Origin: an uncultured Actinomycetes bacterium
Lineage (GTDB): Bacteria; Actinomycetota; Geothermincolia; Fen-727; JACVIW01
Direction: 5' to 3'
Assembly: GCA_937127245.1 (NCBI GenBank)
Contig: CAKZLU010000017.1
Span: 3,452-67,451 of the forward strand
Length of the DNA: 64,000 nucleotides
The notes beneath the pieces are model-generated. The model saw only the letters and a program-made list of their open reading frames with translations, did no database searches and was not told the origin of the DNA. The translations under genes were made by a program, and so were the position numbers. This document shows positions 1 to 11,061 of this stretch, one piece after another; the stretch's first letter is position 1, and every line of letters starts with the position of its first letter.

Positions 1-300
1 TGTATGGAAGCGCGGGCTCCAATGGCATGACTGAAAGTTTTCCTGCGTGGTTATTTTCCTCATATTTTCCGCGCGATTAATATTCCCCGCGTTTCCTCTT
101 AAGCAAGTTCAGGCCCCATTGCCCGTCATTTCCACTACGGGGCGCAGATTAAAGCGCCCCTGTATCAGGATCCTACCCGTCATTGCCAAATTCCGAATCA
201 GCATTTTTCCTGATTTGTCTGTAAAATAACGGCGTGCTTTAAAAAGCGCGCTGCAACAAGTAATAGCTGAGGCTTTAATCCGTCAAAAGGAGGTCGTAAA

Positions 301-1671
301 TTGACACAGAAAGGAGCCGGGCAAACACAAAAGGCTCTTGAGAACCTCTCAGAATCCATCCGTTTCAGAACGATTTCCTGCGAAGACCCTTCTGAAGAGG
401 ATAAAGCTCAGTTCGAGGCTTTTAGAGGGTTTCTCAAAAAAGCCTATCCCCTGGTCCATGTGCACTTAAAAACTGAAATTGTTGGGGACCAAAGCCTCCT
501 TTACGAATGGAAAGGGTCAAACGAGAACGCGCTCCCGCTTCTTCTTGCGGCGCACATGGATGTCGTGCCGGTGGAGCTGGAAACGCTTAAGCAGTGGACT
601 CATCCGCCCTTCGAGGGCGTGATATCAGACGGCTATATCTGGGGGCGGGGAACGATGGACTGTAAGGGTTTGCTAATCTCCATACTTGAGGCAGTGGAGG
701 CGCTGCTTGTGGACGGTTTCAAGCCCACAAGAACCGTGCTTCTCGCCTTCGGTCAGGACGAAGAGGTAGGGGGCTTGAGAGGAGCGGAAAAGATCGCCGA
801 ACTCTTAAAATCAAGAGGAGTCACCCCGGAGCTGGTCATAGACGAAGGAGGCGCCATTGCTGACCTTGGCATACCCGGGTTCAAGAAACTCATCGCCGGG
901 GTGGGTATCGCGGAGAAAGGCTACCTCACTATAGAACTGGTCGCACGCGCCAGGGGTGGTCATGCCTCAGTTCCGCCAAGACATACTGCCATAGGTCTGC
1001 TTTCTCGCGCCATAACCAGGCTCGAAAAACACCCCTTCCCCTCTAAAGTGGGTGAGATTCCAGCTCTGACCCTTGAGAGGCTCATGCCCGAGCTTCCACT
1101 CTACCTGCGCCTCGCTCTTTCAAGCAGGCTTATCACTTCGCTCATCATGAGAGCTGCATCCAGATACCTCCCGCCGCTCGGGGCAATGCTTCGGACCACT
1201 ACGGCCGTGACGATGGTGAGCGGGGGTACGAAAGACAACGTTCTCCCACAGGAAGCAAGGGCGACGGTCAATCTGAGACTGCTCCCGGGGGAGACCTGTG
1301 AGGACGCGCTTAAAAGGGTCAAAAAGGTGGTGAGAGACAAGAGAGTTGAGGTCCATATCTCTGGAATGGCGGAAAACCCCACGGATATCTCCTCCGTAAA
1401 AACAAGCGGTTTTGAGACGCTTGAGCGCACCATAAAAGAGTGCTTCCCGGAGGTGGTAATTGTCCCGTATTTAGTTGTTGGCATGACCGACTCCCGCCAT
1501 TACTCAAGATTAAGCGATTCCGTGTTCAGGTTCTCACCGGTGAGAGGCAGCAGGAAAGAGCTGGAACTTGCGCATGGCACAAACGAGCGGTTGAGCGTCG
1601 AAAACTTTGCGGAGTTCATAGAGTTCTTCAAAAGGCTCATCAAGAATTCTTCCGCTTCAATTCGTTCCTGA
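301..1671 (+). CDS. M20 family metallopeptidase/amidohydrolase (carboxypeptidase S / PM20D1-like)
   Basis: AHMDVVP, GRGTMDCKG, DEEVGG, IDEGG, GGHAS and HGTNER motifs; AGGAGG RBS before the TTG start. Confidence 0.9.
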   Translation: MTQKGAGQTQKALENLSESIRFRTISCEDPSEEDKAQFEAFRGFLKKAYPLVHVHLKTEIVGDQSLLYEWKGSNENALPLLLAAHMDVVPVELETLKQWTHPPFEGVISDGYIWGRGTMDCKGLLISILEAVEALLVDGFKPTRTVLLAFGQDEEVGGLRGAEKIAELLKSRGVTPELVIDEGGAIADLGIPGFKKLIAGVGIAEKGYLTIELVARARGGHASVPPRHTAIGLLSRAITRLEKHPFPSKVGEIPALTLERLMPELPLYLRLALSSRLITSLIMRAASRYLPPLGAMLRTTTAVTMVSGGTKDNVLPQEARATVNLRLLPGETCEDALKRVKKVVRDKRVEVHISGMAENPTDISSVKTSGFETLERTIKECFPEVVIVPYLVVGMTDSRHYSRLSDSVFRFSPVRGSRKELELAHGTNERLSVENFAEFIEFFKRLIKNSSASIRS

Positions 1672-2308
1672 GGCTACGTCTTCGCCTTAAGTGTTTTCCA
1701 CGCGGATGTCGTCAAGTCCTGAGTTCAAGCGGTCTCCCGAGCGTAAAGCAGTAAACAATGACATAAGCGAGGAAATTACAGAAAACGGTTGACATTGAGG
1801 GGTGCTCCCTTCATGCACATAAAGAGCATCCTCGCAGCGTTCTCGCTTGGCACTTTGTGGGAAATTAGCTAAGCGCTTCATCTCGCCCTGGGGCCAAATG
1901 ACTTCATAACGACGATACCGGCGGGCTTGGTCTTCTGAACAACCTGAAAAGGGAAAGATCCAGAGCCACCGAAAAAGGATTTGACATCAACTTAACCTGC
2001 CTCGGTCTCAGATGGATTCACCGCTCACTTTCTCATCTTAATAGTGCAAAGTCGCCCGTGTGATGACAACCCCACTGCATTCCAAAACTCGATTCTAAGA
2101 ACAATATGGGCTTATAACAATTTAAGAACAAAGTCCGGGGAAGTGTGCCCTAAACCAATCCGATTTAACAAATCAAACCCGAAACACCTTGCAGCCTGTC
2201 TTCCAAGTGAATATAAGATATAATTAGCATGGCAAACGAACCTGCGCCGTTATATGATCTTTTGGATAGTCGGTGAGAGAATGCGGTTAGAAGAGATATC
2301 GGTAACCA

Positions 2309-2719
2309 TTGGTTTCCCTTCAGCACACGGAGGCAGTACTTTTGTCGTTTGAGCCTTCATATGTATTCACGTTTCTGCGGATTGCATACTCAAAGGGCGT
2401 AATCACCAAGCTCATGCCCATTCTTAACTCTACCGTGAGGCGCGTTGCGGAGAAGACCGGCAAAAGAACCGATGAGCTTTTGGACCTGGTCGATATAGCA
2501 AAAGAGCCTTCTATAGAAAGAGCGGAAAAACTCCTTTTGCGCTCAGGGACTCTGCTCAAGATTGCCTCAAGCGAGCGCTTCATGGGTTTTGTATCTAGGC
2601 TCCTTGACTTAAGTTTCGCAAAGAGAGCGGCGGAAGCAGCACTCGTTTGGTACCTAACGCGGGCGGCGACGCGGGCTCAGAGCGCAGAGAACAGGTCAGT
2701 CATCGGGGGTGGTATGTGA
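2309..2719 (+). CDS. small hypothetical helical protein; 5' end uncertain (possible frameshift near 2300)
   Basis: 136-aa ORF whose stop overlaps the GTG of the next gene (GTGA at 2716-2719). Confidence 0.5.
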   Translation: MVSLQHTEAVLLSFEPSYVFTFLRIAYSKGVITKLMPILNSTVRRVAEKTGKRTDELLDLVDIAKEPSIERAEKLLLRSGTLLKIASSERFMGFVSRLLDLSFAKRAAEAALVWYLTRAATRAQSAENRSVIGGGM

Positions 2720-4212
2720 CGGACGGTGGGAGAGCCAATGCCGACATCGCAGGGGCGCTTGTCTCGATAGTCGGCGAAGAAAACGTATCCGTTGAGCAGG
2801 ATATTTTAGGAGACCACTCAAGGTGCCTCGGACCATCTCCCGTTGGTGATCCACTTTCGGTGGTCAGGCCTGGGTGCCCCGAGGAGATTCAGCAAATTGT
2901 TAGGCTCGCAAACGAGTTGGAATTCAATATCGTGCCGGCATCCTCGGGCGCCCCGCACCTCAGGGGTGGAGCGGTCCCTTCCGGAGAAGGCGTGATCCTC
3001 GATCTTTCGCGCATGAAAAGAATAATGCGCATCGACAGGCGCAACAAGGTCGCAGTCATAGAGCCTGGAGTCACATTCGGTGAGCTCGAGGAGGGGGCGG
3101 CAAAGGTGGGGTTGAAAGTGCTCACGCCTCTACTGCCGCGTGCGAACAAGTCCGTGCTTGCAAGCTATCTCGACCGCGAGCCGATAACTATTCCAAAATA
3201 CCACTGGGACATGACGGATCCCCTGCTATGCACCGAGATAATCTTTGGAACCGGCGAGTTTTTCCGCACCGGGGCAGCCGCCGGTCCGGGAACACTCGAG
3301 GAGATGTGGAAAGCGGGGTTGGGACTGAAGAATCCGATGGGCCCTTCAGCAACTGACATCGTTCGCCTTGTCCAGGGATCACAGGGGACAATGGGAATCG
3401 TCACATGGGCTTCTGTCAAACTCGAGGTCGCACCCCAAATACGCAGGTGCTACTTCCTAAAGGGCGAAACCTTTGGGCCGCTCATAGATTTCGCCTACAG
3501 AGTGCTTCGAAGAAAAATGACTGATGAGTTCTTCATGCTCAACGCCCCAGCGCTTGCCTCAATGCTTGCGAAGAACAATGACGATATTGCGGCACTCGCA
3601 GCCCCTCAGTCCCCATTCACGATCGTCTTCTGCCTGGCGGGGTACGCACACCTCCCGGAGAAAAGGTTGGCATACCTCGAGAAAGACATTGCTGACGTCG
3701 CCAAGCAATGCGGCGTGGAGATAAAGCGCGAGATACCGGGCGCCGACGGCATGAGAATGATTGAACTAATGGACCATCCATGCTCGGTACCTTACTGGAA
3801 ACATAGAGCGAAAGGGGCTGCTTTCGATATCTTCTTCCTTTCAACCCTGGACAAACTGCCGCAACTCTTGGCAGTTATGACAGGCACCGTGCAGGAAAGT
3901 GGATTCCACGCGGAACGCCTCGGCTTGTACGTCCAGCCTATCCAGCAAGGCAGGGCATGCCATGCAGAGTTCCACCTATATTATGACCCTTCGGACGAAG
4001 CCGAGGCGCGCACAGCGGGTGACATTTTGGCAACAGCATCCGAGAGACTGGCATATGCTGGCGCATTCTTCTCAAGACCGTACTTCCCTTGGGTGGATGT
4101 AGCCTACCGGCGCTGCCCTGATACCGTCTGGATGCTCAAAGAACTCAAGAGAGTATTTGATCCGAAGAATGTGCTGAACCGCGGGAAGCTTTGTTTTTCC
4201 GGGGTGGAATAA
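2716..4212 (+). CDS. FAD-binding oxidoreductase (VAO/PCMH, GlcD-like)
   Basis: VVRPG..EEIQ, LDLSRMKRI, IEPGVT, GSQGTMGIVT, C-terminal KRVFDPKNVLNRGK; start placed at GTG 2716. Confidence 0.85.
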   Translation: MTDGGRANADIAGALVSIVGEENVSVEQDILGDHSRCLGPSPVGDPLSVVRPGCPEEIQQIVRLANELEFNIVPASSGAPHLRGGAVPSGEGVILDLSRMKRIMRIDRRNKVAVIEPGVTFGELEEGAAKVGLKVLTPLLPRANKSVLASYLDREPITIPKYHWDMTDPLLCTEIIFGTGEFFRTGAAAGPGTLEEMWKAGLGLKNPMGPSATDIVRLVQGSQGTMGIVTWASVKLEVAPQIRRCYFLKGETFGPLIDFAYRVLRRKMTDEFFMLNAPALASMLAKNNDDIAALAAPQSPFTIVFCLAGYAHLPEKRLAYLEKDIADVAKQCGVEIKREIPGADGMRMIELMDHPCSVPYWKHRAKGAAFDIFFLSTLDKLPQLLAVMTGTVQESGFHAERLGLYVQPIQQGRACHAEFHLYYDPSDEAEARTAGDILATASERLAYAGAFFSRPYFPWVDVAYRRCPDTVWMLKELKRVFDPKNVLNRGKLCFSGVE

Positions 4213-5489
4213 TGACGCTTGCTGATTATGAGCGGGATATGGCGGGATGCTCGAGGTGCACATGCTGTAAGTGGAGCGCCTTGAGCCAGATTAAAAGCTG
4301 GAGGTATGCCAAGAACTGCCCGTCGGTCACAAAGTACAACTTCCACGCATACTCTGGCGGGGGAAGATTGACCGCGGGACTATCGATAATCAAAGGGAGA
4401 AGCGAGCTCACCGAAGGGGTTGCGGATATCGTATATAAGTGCCAGTTATGCGGTGCCTGCGATACGGCGTGCAAGATATACCGGGACGACATAGACATAA
4501 ACGAGGTTCTTCTTGAGTTCCGCGCAGACTGCGTAGAGCGCGGTCAGCTCGTGCTCGAACATATGCTCATGATCGATGCGCTCAAGAAAGAGGACAACGT
4601 CCTTGGTGAGCCCAAGGCAGCCAGGGACAAGTGGGCGGAGGGGCTCGGGCTCAAAGACGTAAACAAGCAGAGGGCGGATGTATTGCTGCACGCTGGGTGC
4701 CGATACTGCTACGACAAGGACTTGTGGCCATCCATTCGGGCTGCTGTTCGGTTGATTCTCTCTGCGGGGATAAACCTCGGGTTTGCAGGGAAGAACGAGT
4801 CATGCTGCGGGGGAAGAGCATATGAACTGGGATACAGGGGGGAAGCTGAGAAATATGCAGATGACATGCTCTCCAGGGTAAAAGCCTCTGGGGCAATAAC
4901 GCTTCTGACATGCTGTGCGGATGGTTACTCGCATTTCCGCTATCTTTATCCCCGCATGGGAAGGAAACTATCCGTCGATGTCGTCCACATAACCGAATAT
5001 TTGATCAGACTCATACAGGCGGGAAGAATAAGGTTCCAAAGAAAGGTTCCATTAAAAGTCACGTACCATGACCCGTGCCATCTCGGCAGGATGTCCGAGC
5101 CTTTCATCCCTGAGTGGGAGGGGGATAAGCTCTTGCGCCCGTCCTCACTCAAGCGGGCCGGAAGAGGCGGCGTGTACGAACAGCCGAGGGCAGCGCTGCG
5201 TTCAATACCAGGCCTGGAACTTGTGGAGATGGAAAGAATACGCGAATGGTCGTGGTGCTGCGGAGCGGGGGGCGGGGTGTATGAGGCATACCCGGATTTT
5301 TGCTTTTGGACAGCGATGGAGCGAATAGATGAGGCTCGTTCGGCCGGTGCTGAGGCGCTCGTAACCGCATGCCCCTGGTGCGTTCGCGCTTTTCGCGACG
5401 CACTTGAGCAAGCGGGAGAAGCCTTCCCGATTTACGACATGATGGAACTCGTCGCAAAATCCATAGGAATTCCAGAGGAGGAAGTATAA
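4212..5489 (+). CDS. (Fe-S)-binding protein, HdrD/GlcF-like with 4Fe-4S and two CCG domains
   Basis: CSRCTCC...CP, CQLCGACDTAC, ESCCG, YHDPCHLGR, WCCGAGGG, TACPWC; TAATG overlap with the upstream gene. Confidence 0.9.
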   Translation: MTLADYERDMAGCSRCTCCKWSALSQIKSWRYAKNCPSVTKYNFHAYSGGGRLTAGLSIIKGRSELTEGVADIVYKCQLCGACDTACKIYRDDIDINEVLLEFRADCVERGQLVLEHMLMIDALKKEDNVLGEPKAARDKWAEGLGLKDVNKQRADVLLHAGCRYCYDKDLWPSIRAAVRLILSAGINLGFAGKNESCCGGRAYELGYRGEAEKYADDMLSRVKASGAITLLTCCADGYSHFRYLYPRMGRKLSVDVVHITEYLIRLIQAGRIRFQRKVPLKVTYHDPCHLGRMSEPFIPEWEGDKLLRPSSLKRAGRGGVYEQPRAALRSIPGLELVEMERIREWSWCCGAGGGVYEAYPDFCFWTAMERIDEARSAGAEALVTACPWCVRAFRDALEQAGEAFPIYDMMELVAKSIGIPEEEV

Positions 5490-7130
5490 ATGCTCCCCGA
5501 CCAAGCCTATGAAGCTCTAATCGATGCTGTCGGTCAGGAGAATGTCTCCAGGGAACCCGTGGTGCTCGACGGATACGCCTGGCAACCAACCTTCAACTAC
5601 AACCCGGAGCTCTGGATGGAACGCCCTTCCGCTGTTGTACTCCCCGGCAGCACCGAGGAAGTGCGGCAGACGATCCTCGTATGTAACGAATACGGGCTAA
5701 AGTTTAAGGCTCTCTCCACCGGCTGGTGCGTGACTGCGGCACCCTGGTGCGAGGGCGTCGTGATCCTGGACTTGAGAAGGATGAACAGAATCCTCGAGAT
5801 AGACGAGAAGAACATGTATGTCGTTGTTGAGCCATGCGCGATAGGCGCTCAGATCCAAGCGGAGGTGATGCGCTACGGGCTCAACATCCACATGATAGGG
5901 GCAGGCTGCATAAGCTCACCGCTTGCAAGCGCAACTTCTTTCATGGGACACGGGTGGGACGGAATCTACATGAGCTACAGTCCCCGAAACGTGCTTGGAG
6001 TCGAATGGGTCCTTCCATCAGGCAAGGTGCTAAAGCTCGGCACCCCGGGCTCGGGGCTTGGATGGTTCTCTGGAGACGGACCGGGTCCGTCGCTCAGGGG
6101 CATCATGAGGGGAGCAATAGGTGCGTGCGGCGGAGTCGGAGTCTTCACAAAGTGCGCCCTCAAGTTGTTCAATTGGCCAGGTCCTCCGGTGGTCGAGGCC
6201 GAAGGGCTCGGGCTTGACACGAAAACGGAACTCCCACAGCACTTTAAGGTCTATCTCTGCTTTCTTCCAGACTGGGACTCGTTTGCAGATTCCATGTATG
6301 AGATAGGCGAGGCTGAGATCGGCTACATCATCAACAAAAACGCTCTTGGTCTGCTTCTTTCGGTGATCTTCCCCCGCCTGACCAGGAAAATCGCGAAGAG
6401 GAAGGCGATAAAGGAGACGGTTGACGTCCTCAAGAATGAGTTTGAGATCATCCTCGCTGGTAACTCCGAGCGCGAAATATCCTACCAGGTCGAGGTCCTT
6501 GAGGACATTATCTCCCGCAACGGTGGCTTCCTTTTTGACCTCGGGGACAATCCCCTTGTAGGCATATTCTGGTGGGGTCTTGTAAGGAACTACGCGCCTC
6601 CCATTCTTTTCCGACCGGGAGGACAGTTCATGACCCTCTTCGGCTCAGATGATTCCTTCGATTCTCAGGTCACAGCGGCAAGGCTCGGGGAGAGGATAAA
6701 AAAAGAGTGGCTTGAGAAGGACCTGATCTACGACGACTTGGGCGATACCTCCTGGATGCATATCTTCGAGAATGGCATGTGGGGCCACTGCGAGGTCCCC
6801 TTCATATTCGATCCGCGCAACCGCAGACAGGTCGAGGCGGTTATGCCCGAGGCGATAGAATCCGTGATGGCATCGCTTGAGAAAAACCTCGGCGTGGGTA
6901 TGCTCGCCATGGAACCGCTCATCCGCAAAATCGCAAGCCCAATGCAAGGCAACTATAACAAGTGGCAGAAGGAGTTCCAGCGCATCATCGATCCCAGGGG
7001 AGCCGCAGACTCGGCACTCTACACCGGGGAAGCGGAAATCGACCTCTCGACAATCGACCCGAACAAACTGCAGAAGATGACGGAAATCATAATGAAGAAC
7101 CTATGGACCGAATCCGGACCCCCCAGATAG
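5490..7130 (+). CDS. second FAD-binding oxidoreductase (VAO/PCMH family)
   Basis: PSAVVLPGSTEEV, LDLRRMNRILEIDEKN, GPSLRGIMRGAIG..GVFTK; ATG directly follows the upstream TAA. Confidence 0.85.
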   Translation: MLPDQAYEALIDAVGQENVSREPVVLDGYAWQPTFNYNPELWMERPSAVVLPGSTEEVRQTILVCNEYGLKFKALSTGWCVTAAPWCEGVVILDLRRMNRILEIDEKNMYVVVEPCAIGAQIQAEVMRYGLNIHMIGAGCISSPLASATSFMGHGWDGIYMSYSPRNVLGVEWVLPSGKVLKLGTPGSGLGWFSGDGPGPSLRGIMRGAIGACGGVGVFTKCALKLFNWPGPPVVEAEGLGLDTKTELPQHFKVYLCFLPDWDSFADSMYEIGEAEIGYIINKNALGLLLSVIFPRLTRKIAKRKAIKETVDVLKNEFEIILAGNSEREISYQVEVLEDIISRNGGFLFDLGDNPLVGIFWWGLVRNYAPPILFRPGGQFMTLFGSDDSFDSQVTAARLGERIKKEWLEKDLIYDDLGDTSWMHIFENGMWGHCEVPFIFDPRNRRQVEAVMPEAIESVMASLEKNLGVGMLAMEPLIRKIASPMQGNYNKWQKEFQRIIDPRGAADSALYTGEAEIDLSTIDPNKLQKMTEIIMKNLWTESGPPR

Positions 7131-7736
7131 CTTATCGGAAATGGCCACGTCTTTTCCTCCTATATCCAAGCGGCCTCCGGCGCAAATAGTATCAACATTT
7201 TTGTCAGTAAGAGCGTAAGAGTTAACAAGGAAGTGACGGTGCAGCTGATTAGGCTCAAGCAAATTCAAGAACCCCGGAAGAAGGCGCTTAGGATGCGTTA
7301 CATTTGAGTGGATGATAGGGTTAAGACGTGGCACTTAACCTATGCAAAACGTTTGCGATGTCTTGAATAATATGTTCGCACCTTACGCACTATGCCCAAT
7401 GAAACCCCTCTCGGGCTCCCGTGTTAGGTCGATGACAGGATCAAATTTTCCCTCAAGACCCCGCAGTAACACATGTTGTATGCATGACGGGCCCTGGGGA
7501 ACCACAAATCATATTGAACTGGGACATTCAATGAAGGTGACTGCCATCCTCGAGGTCAATACCCGCCACATCCTTTGTCAAACCCCGAAAAGCCCCATAA
7601 TCGAACCTTGGTCGTATCCGTACGACGAGATTACAGAGCACTCATCTTCCCTGACACCAATGAATAAATTTTTAGACTATTTGGTGTCATCTGCTGTGCT
7701 CAAACTTGTAGCGTCTGGCAACTGGGGTGATAAAGA

Positions 7737-8288
7737 ATGGTCCGTATAGACTACGCCAGAGACTCTCTCCTCATCGAGGAGGAGCTTTCCAAGGTCTTCA
7801 ACTTCATCTCCAGGGGCGCACAGTACGAGCGGTGGCACCTCGACTACCACCTCGCCGCTCAGATTATGGATATTAAGGAAGGTGGGGTAGGTTCCGTCTT
7901 CTCCATAGAGAACTCATCGGAGGCTTTTACCTCAAGCACGTGGGAAGGGTAGTGGAGTTCGAGCGCAACCGTAAGTTCGTGTGGCTCGGGAGGTTCGCTC
8001 TCTTTCCCCTGGTTTGGATCGGTACTGACTTCACGTTTGATGAACACAAAAAGGGCATCGTTATTACTGAGATACTCTACTTTAAGATGGCGCCCTGGTG
8101 GCTCATCCTCCTTTCCTTTCCTCGGCTTTAAACCTTACTTTACCCGCTCCGCATGCAAGAAACACATCACTGATGAGCTGACCGGCATAAAGAGGATAAT
8201 AGAGTCGAGGGATTACAACCCCGATGACATAGTTTATCCCCTCGAGGACACAAAGCTCATGTCACGGGTTAAGAAATACAAGGGATGA
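7737..8288 (+). pseudogene. SRPBCC/START-like protein split by two frameshifts (~7905, ~8115)
   Basis: Three overlapping ORFs join into one ~183-aa protein (VFNFI..YERWH, GVGSVF, RVVEFERNRKFVW, HITDELTGIKRIIE). Confidence 0.55.
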
Positions 8289-8326
8289 GAGCTGTACACG
8301 GCTTGAAATGTTTAAGCTGCTTCGCA

Positions 8327-8436
8327 GCATAAGATACTCTCTGTTCGACACTTGCTCAACGGCTCGGCTAAAAGTGTGTTTCTGAGTTCCTCGTATCGCG
8401 CATAAGATACTCTCTGTTCAACAATTGCTCAACGGC
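8327..8436. repeat. two 37-bp direct repeats (35/37 identical) separated by 36 bp
   Basis: GCATAAGATACTCTCTGTTC(G/A)ACA(C/A)TTGCTCAACGGC at 8327-8363 and 8400-8436. Confidence 0.9.
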
Positions 8437-8673
8437 GCAGAAGCACCAATCTGAGAAACCCTGGACAGCATGCTTAACATCATGGCGAATCAGACCGCAA
8501 GAGTGGAGGTATCTCGTTTTAACAGTTCTTCGCGGAGCTAAGGGATAAATCCCTGCGGGGAACAATTTTTCTCTTCAGCAAAAATGAGCAGTAATTACCT
8601 TCCGGATTTATCTCCGGATAAATTCCCGCGAGGAAATGGTTCTCTCTGCAAAGGGCAAGCCCGTTTTACCAGT

Positions 8674-9060
8674 TCACTCAGAGCCATGCTTTTTGTTCTT
8701 TTCACTCAAATTAAGGGGTCGCGCACTACTGTCAGACTTTTCAACCCATCTCGCACAGCGAATATCCCTCAGGGTCACCACCGAGCCCTGAACCTTACCA
8801 CGCCTGCTCTTGATAGGGGTGGATCGCACTGCCACCGGGACAAGTGATCCATATCCATTCCTTAAAATGCGCCATTCTTCAGAGCCGGATTCCGGGTCCG
8901 GAAGGAAATCGGTGGGTTGCGCGGCAAACAATCCTTCAAAGGTCTGATTGACTATCCTGTCTTCGGGCATCCCCAAAAGTTCAATTGCTACGGGATTCGC
9001 TTTTTGTATCAATCCTTTACCATCAACAAGGAATACCGCATCTTCGCTTCCCTCAAACAT
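8674..9060 (-). CDS. PAS-domain protein, probably a fragment
   Basis: FEGSEDAVFLVDGKGLI..ANP.A..LLG and GSVVTLRDI PAS signature; no output domain follows. Confidence 0.7.
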   Translation of the reverse strand: MFEGSEDAVFLVDGKGLIQKANPVAIELLGMPEDRIVNQTFEGLFAAQPTDFLPDPESGSEEWRILRNGYGSLVPVAVRSTPIKSRRGKVQGSVVTLRDIRCARWVEKSDSSARPLNLSEKNKKHGSE

Positions 9061-9273
9061 CGCTCTTCCCAGGAATAAGGAAACTTGACTCGCAAAGTCA
9101 ATTCGAGGCCCGAGGAAATCCTATGAGAGCGTGAATAGGTTTTCCGTTTACCACTGTCTGAAACGAACTTCCCTTGAATTTTTTCATACAGAATACCGAA
9201 TGTCCGCTATCGGAATTGCTAATATACTCAAAATCTCTTAACTCGCAAAGCTTTATGAGACCCGCTGGGGTTT

Positions 9274-10086
9274 TCAATCCCCGTGCCCCTTCCACTCCTC
9301 CATTGATTTGCTCAAGCCCAATTCGGTCTGGAAGTAATCGAGGAACTTGCGAGGAATAAACGCCCTAAAAACGGGAGCGAGTTTCGGGAAGAGCGGCTCC
9401 GCTAAATATTCCCTGTCTTTCTCGAACGCCCGAAAAATCTTATCCGCCATTTTGTCTGGTTCAAGCCAGGGAAGCCAGGGAGGTGTCTGAACGCCCTCGA
9501 ACATCCCTGTCCGCACAAAAGCGGGACATACGATTAGAAACTTGACCCCGTCTTTTCCGAGATACTTCATCTCCAGGCGCAATGAGTCGGTGAGGTTTAT
9601 TACCGCGGCTTTACTCGCGCAGTATGAGCTTAAGAGCGGTACGTAGGAAAGCCCTGCTGCCGAGGCTATGTTGATTATGTGCCCCTGATTGCGCTCAACC
9701 ATCTCGGGAAGGAAAACCATTATCGTCCGCATGTATGCGTTAACGTTTATCTCCATCGTCTTTATGTGGTCTTCGATCGGTACCTCCAGAAAAGGTCCGC
9801 CGCTAACAAATCCAGCGTTGTTGATGAGGACCTCAACAAATCCGAACCTTTTCTTTATCTCGCTCGCCGCTTTTTGCACTCTTTGGGAATCGGTAACGTC
9901 CACCGAATACCAGTACGCCTCACATTCGTTCTCCTCAAGTTGACAAACCGTATCCTCAAGGTCTTTCTCCGTTCTTGCCCAGAGAATAATCCTCGCTCCC
10001 GCCCGTCCGAACCTGTCGGCAAGCGCCCTTCCAAGCCCGCGGCTTCCACCTGTTATGAGTACCGTTTTTCCTTCCGCTTTGCCCAT
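9274..10086 (-). CDS. short-chain dehydrogenase/reductase
   Basis: TGGSRGLG, INNAG, YCASK; GGAGGGG RBS before ATG 10086. Confidence 0.92.
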   Translation of the reverse strand: MGKAEGKTVLITGGSRGLGRALADRFGRAGARIILWARTEKDLEDTVCQLEENECEAYWYSVDVTDSQRVQKAASEIKKRFGFVEVLINNAGFVSGGPFLEVPIEDHIKTMEINVNAYMRTIMVFLPEMVERNQGHIINIASAAGLSYVPLLSSYCASKAAVINLTDSLRLEMKYLGKDGVKFLIVCPAFVRTGMFEGVQTPPWLPWLEPDKMADKIFRAFEKDREYLAEPLFPKLAPVFRAFIPRKFLDYFQTELGLSKSMEEWKGHGD

Positions 10087-10402
10087 TTCCCCTCCAGTTT
10101 GTCGAGGACCGCAAATCAATGGCTATGGTAGATTTCTCCACTGAGACGTACACTAAGAAAAGTACATTAAGAATATTAAGAATGACAAGTAATCGCCAGG
10201 TGGTTCATTACCCACGGGCAGTGGGCAATGAAAGAACCGAAAACAAAAAAGAGGTGTCAGTATTCCCGCATAAAAGGGTCTGACCAGCCCCGATTAGTCC
10301 GGATGCCCGAGATTTGCCGCTCATTGCCGCTTGACGCAGGAATCCAAGATACGAGATTAGCATGGATAGAAACCTGAGATCATCGCATTTGGTAACGCAT
10401 TC

Positions 10403-11061
10403 TCATTTGCGTTGCCCTCGTTTTTCCGCTCTAAGACCCCTTAAAACAAGGTCCAAAGCGATGTGGTAGAGTTCCGCTTCGCGGAGATCGGGATACTCCT
10501 GGTAAGCTTTGATGACGAACATCCTGTAAATGCTGAATATTACCTGAGTGGCGGGTCAACATCGAGTTTGCGGAAGGTTCCCTCCTCGATGCCCTCTAAG
10601 ATTATGTCGCGGATCACCTTTACAGCCTGATTCTCGACCTCAGGGTATCTCGTGCTCATCCGGAACAGCGCTATCAGTTAGGGGTCGTGCTGCATCAGCA
10701 TTCTCAATTCCGGGTGTTCGAGAAGGTAGGCGAAAGCCTCCCGCCCGAGCGCATAGAACTTCTCTGGCGCGTTCTTCTTCGAGACTTCCTTGTTGATCTG
10801 CTCCTGCCACTTGAACATCGCATACGCGCACGCTTGAAGATACAGGTCTTCCTTGTCCCGGAAGTGGTTGTAGAAAGTGCCGTTCGCTATGCGCGCTTCG
10901 GAGGCTATTTCATCGAGAGTTGTCTTTCGGTAACCGTTTCTGGCAAAAGTTTTAACCGCGGCTTCGAGCAGCCTTTCCCTTCCGCTCCCGGGCCTCCCCC
11001 TTCTCGGTTTTGCGTTTTCTTGATTCAGCCTGTTTGAACTGCCACCCATTTCGAGTCTCAT
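10403..11061 (-). pseudogene. TetR/AcrR regulator with two frameshifts (~10680, ~10550)
   Basis: HTH GYRKTTLDEIA..GTFYNHFRDKEDL; C-terminal domain continues in other frames (IILEGIEEGTFRKLD, DLVLRGL) to TGA at 10403. Confidence 0.85.

Noticed and set aside
7342..7749. 135-aa ORF and similar intergenic ORFs (21793-22089, 26359-26754, 51435-51659)
   Set aside because: No RBS, no recognisable motif, atypical composition
8327..8436. Formal CRISPR array call
   Set aside because: Only two repeats, no typical repeat terminus, no cas genes; kept as a repeat
10320..10346. Degenerate REP-like palindrome TCATTGCCGC..GCAGGAATCCA
   Set aside because: Single imperfect copy, no associated transposase
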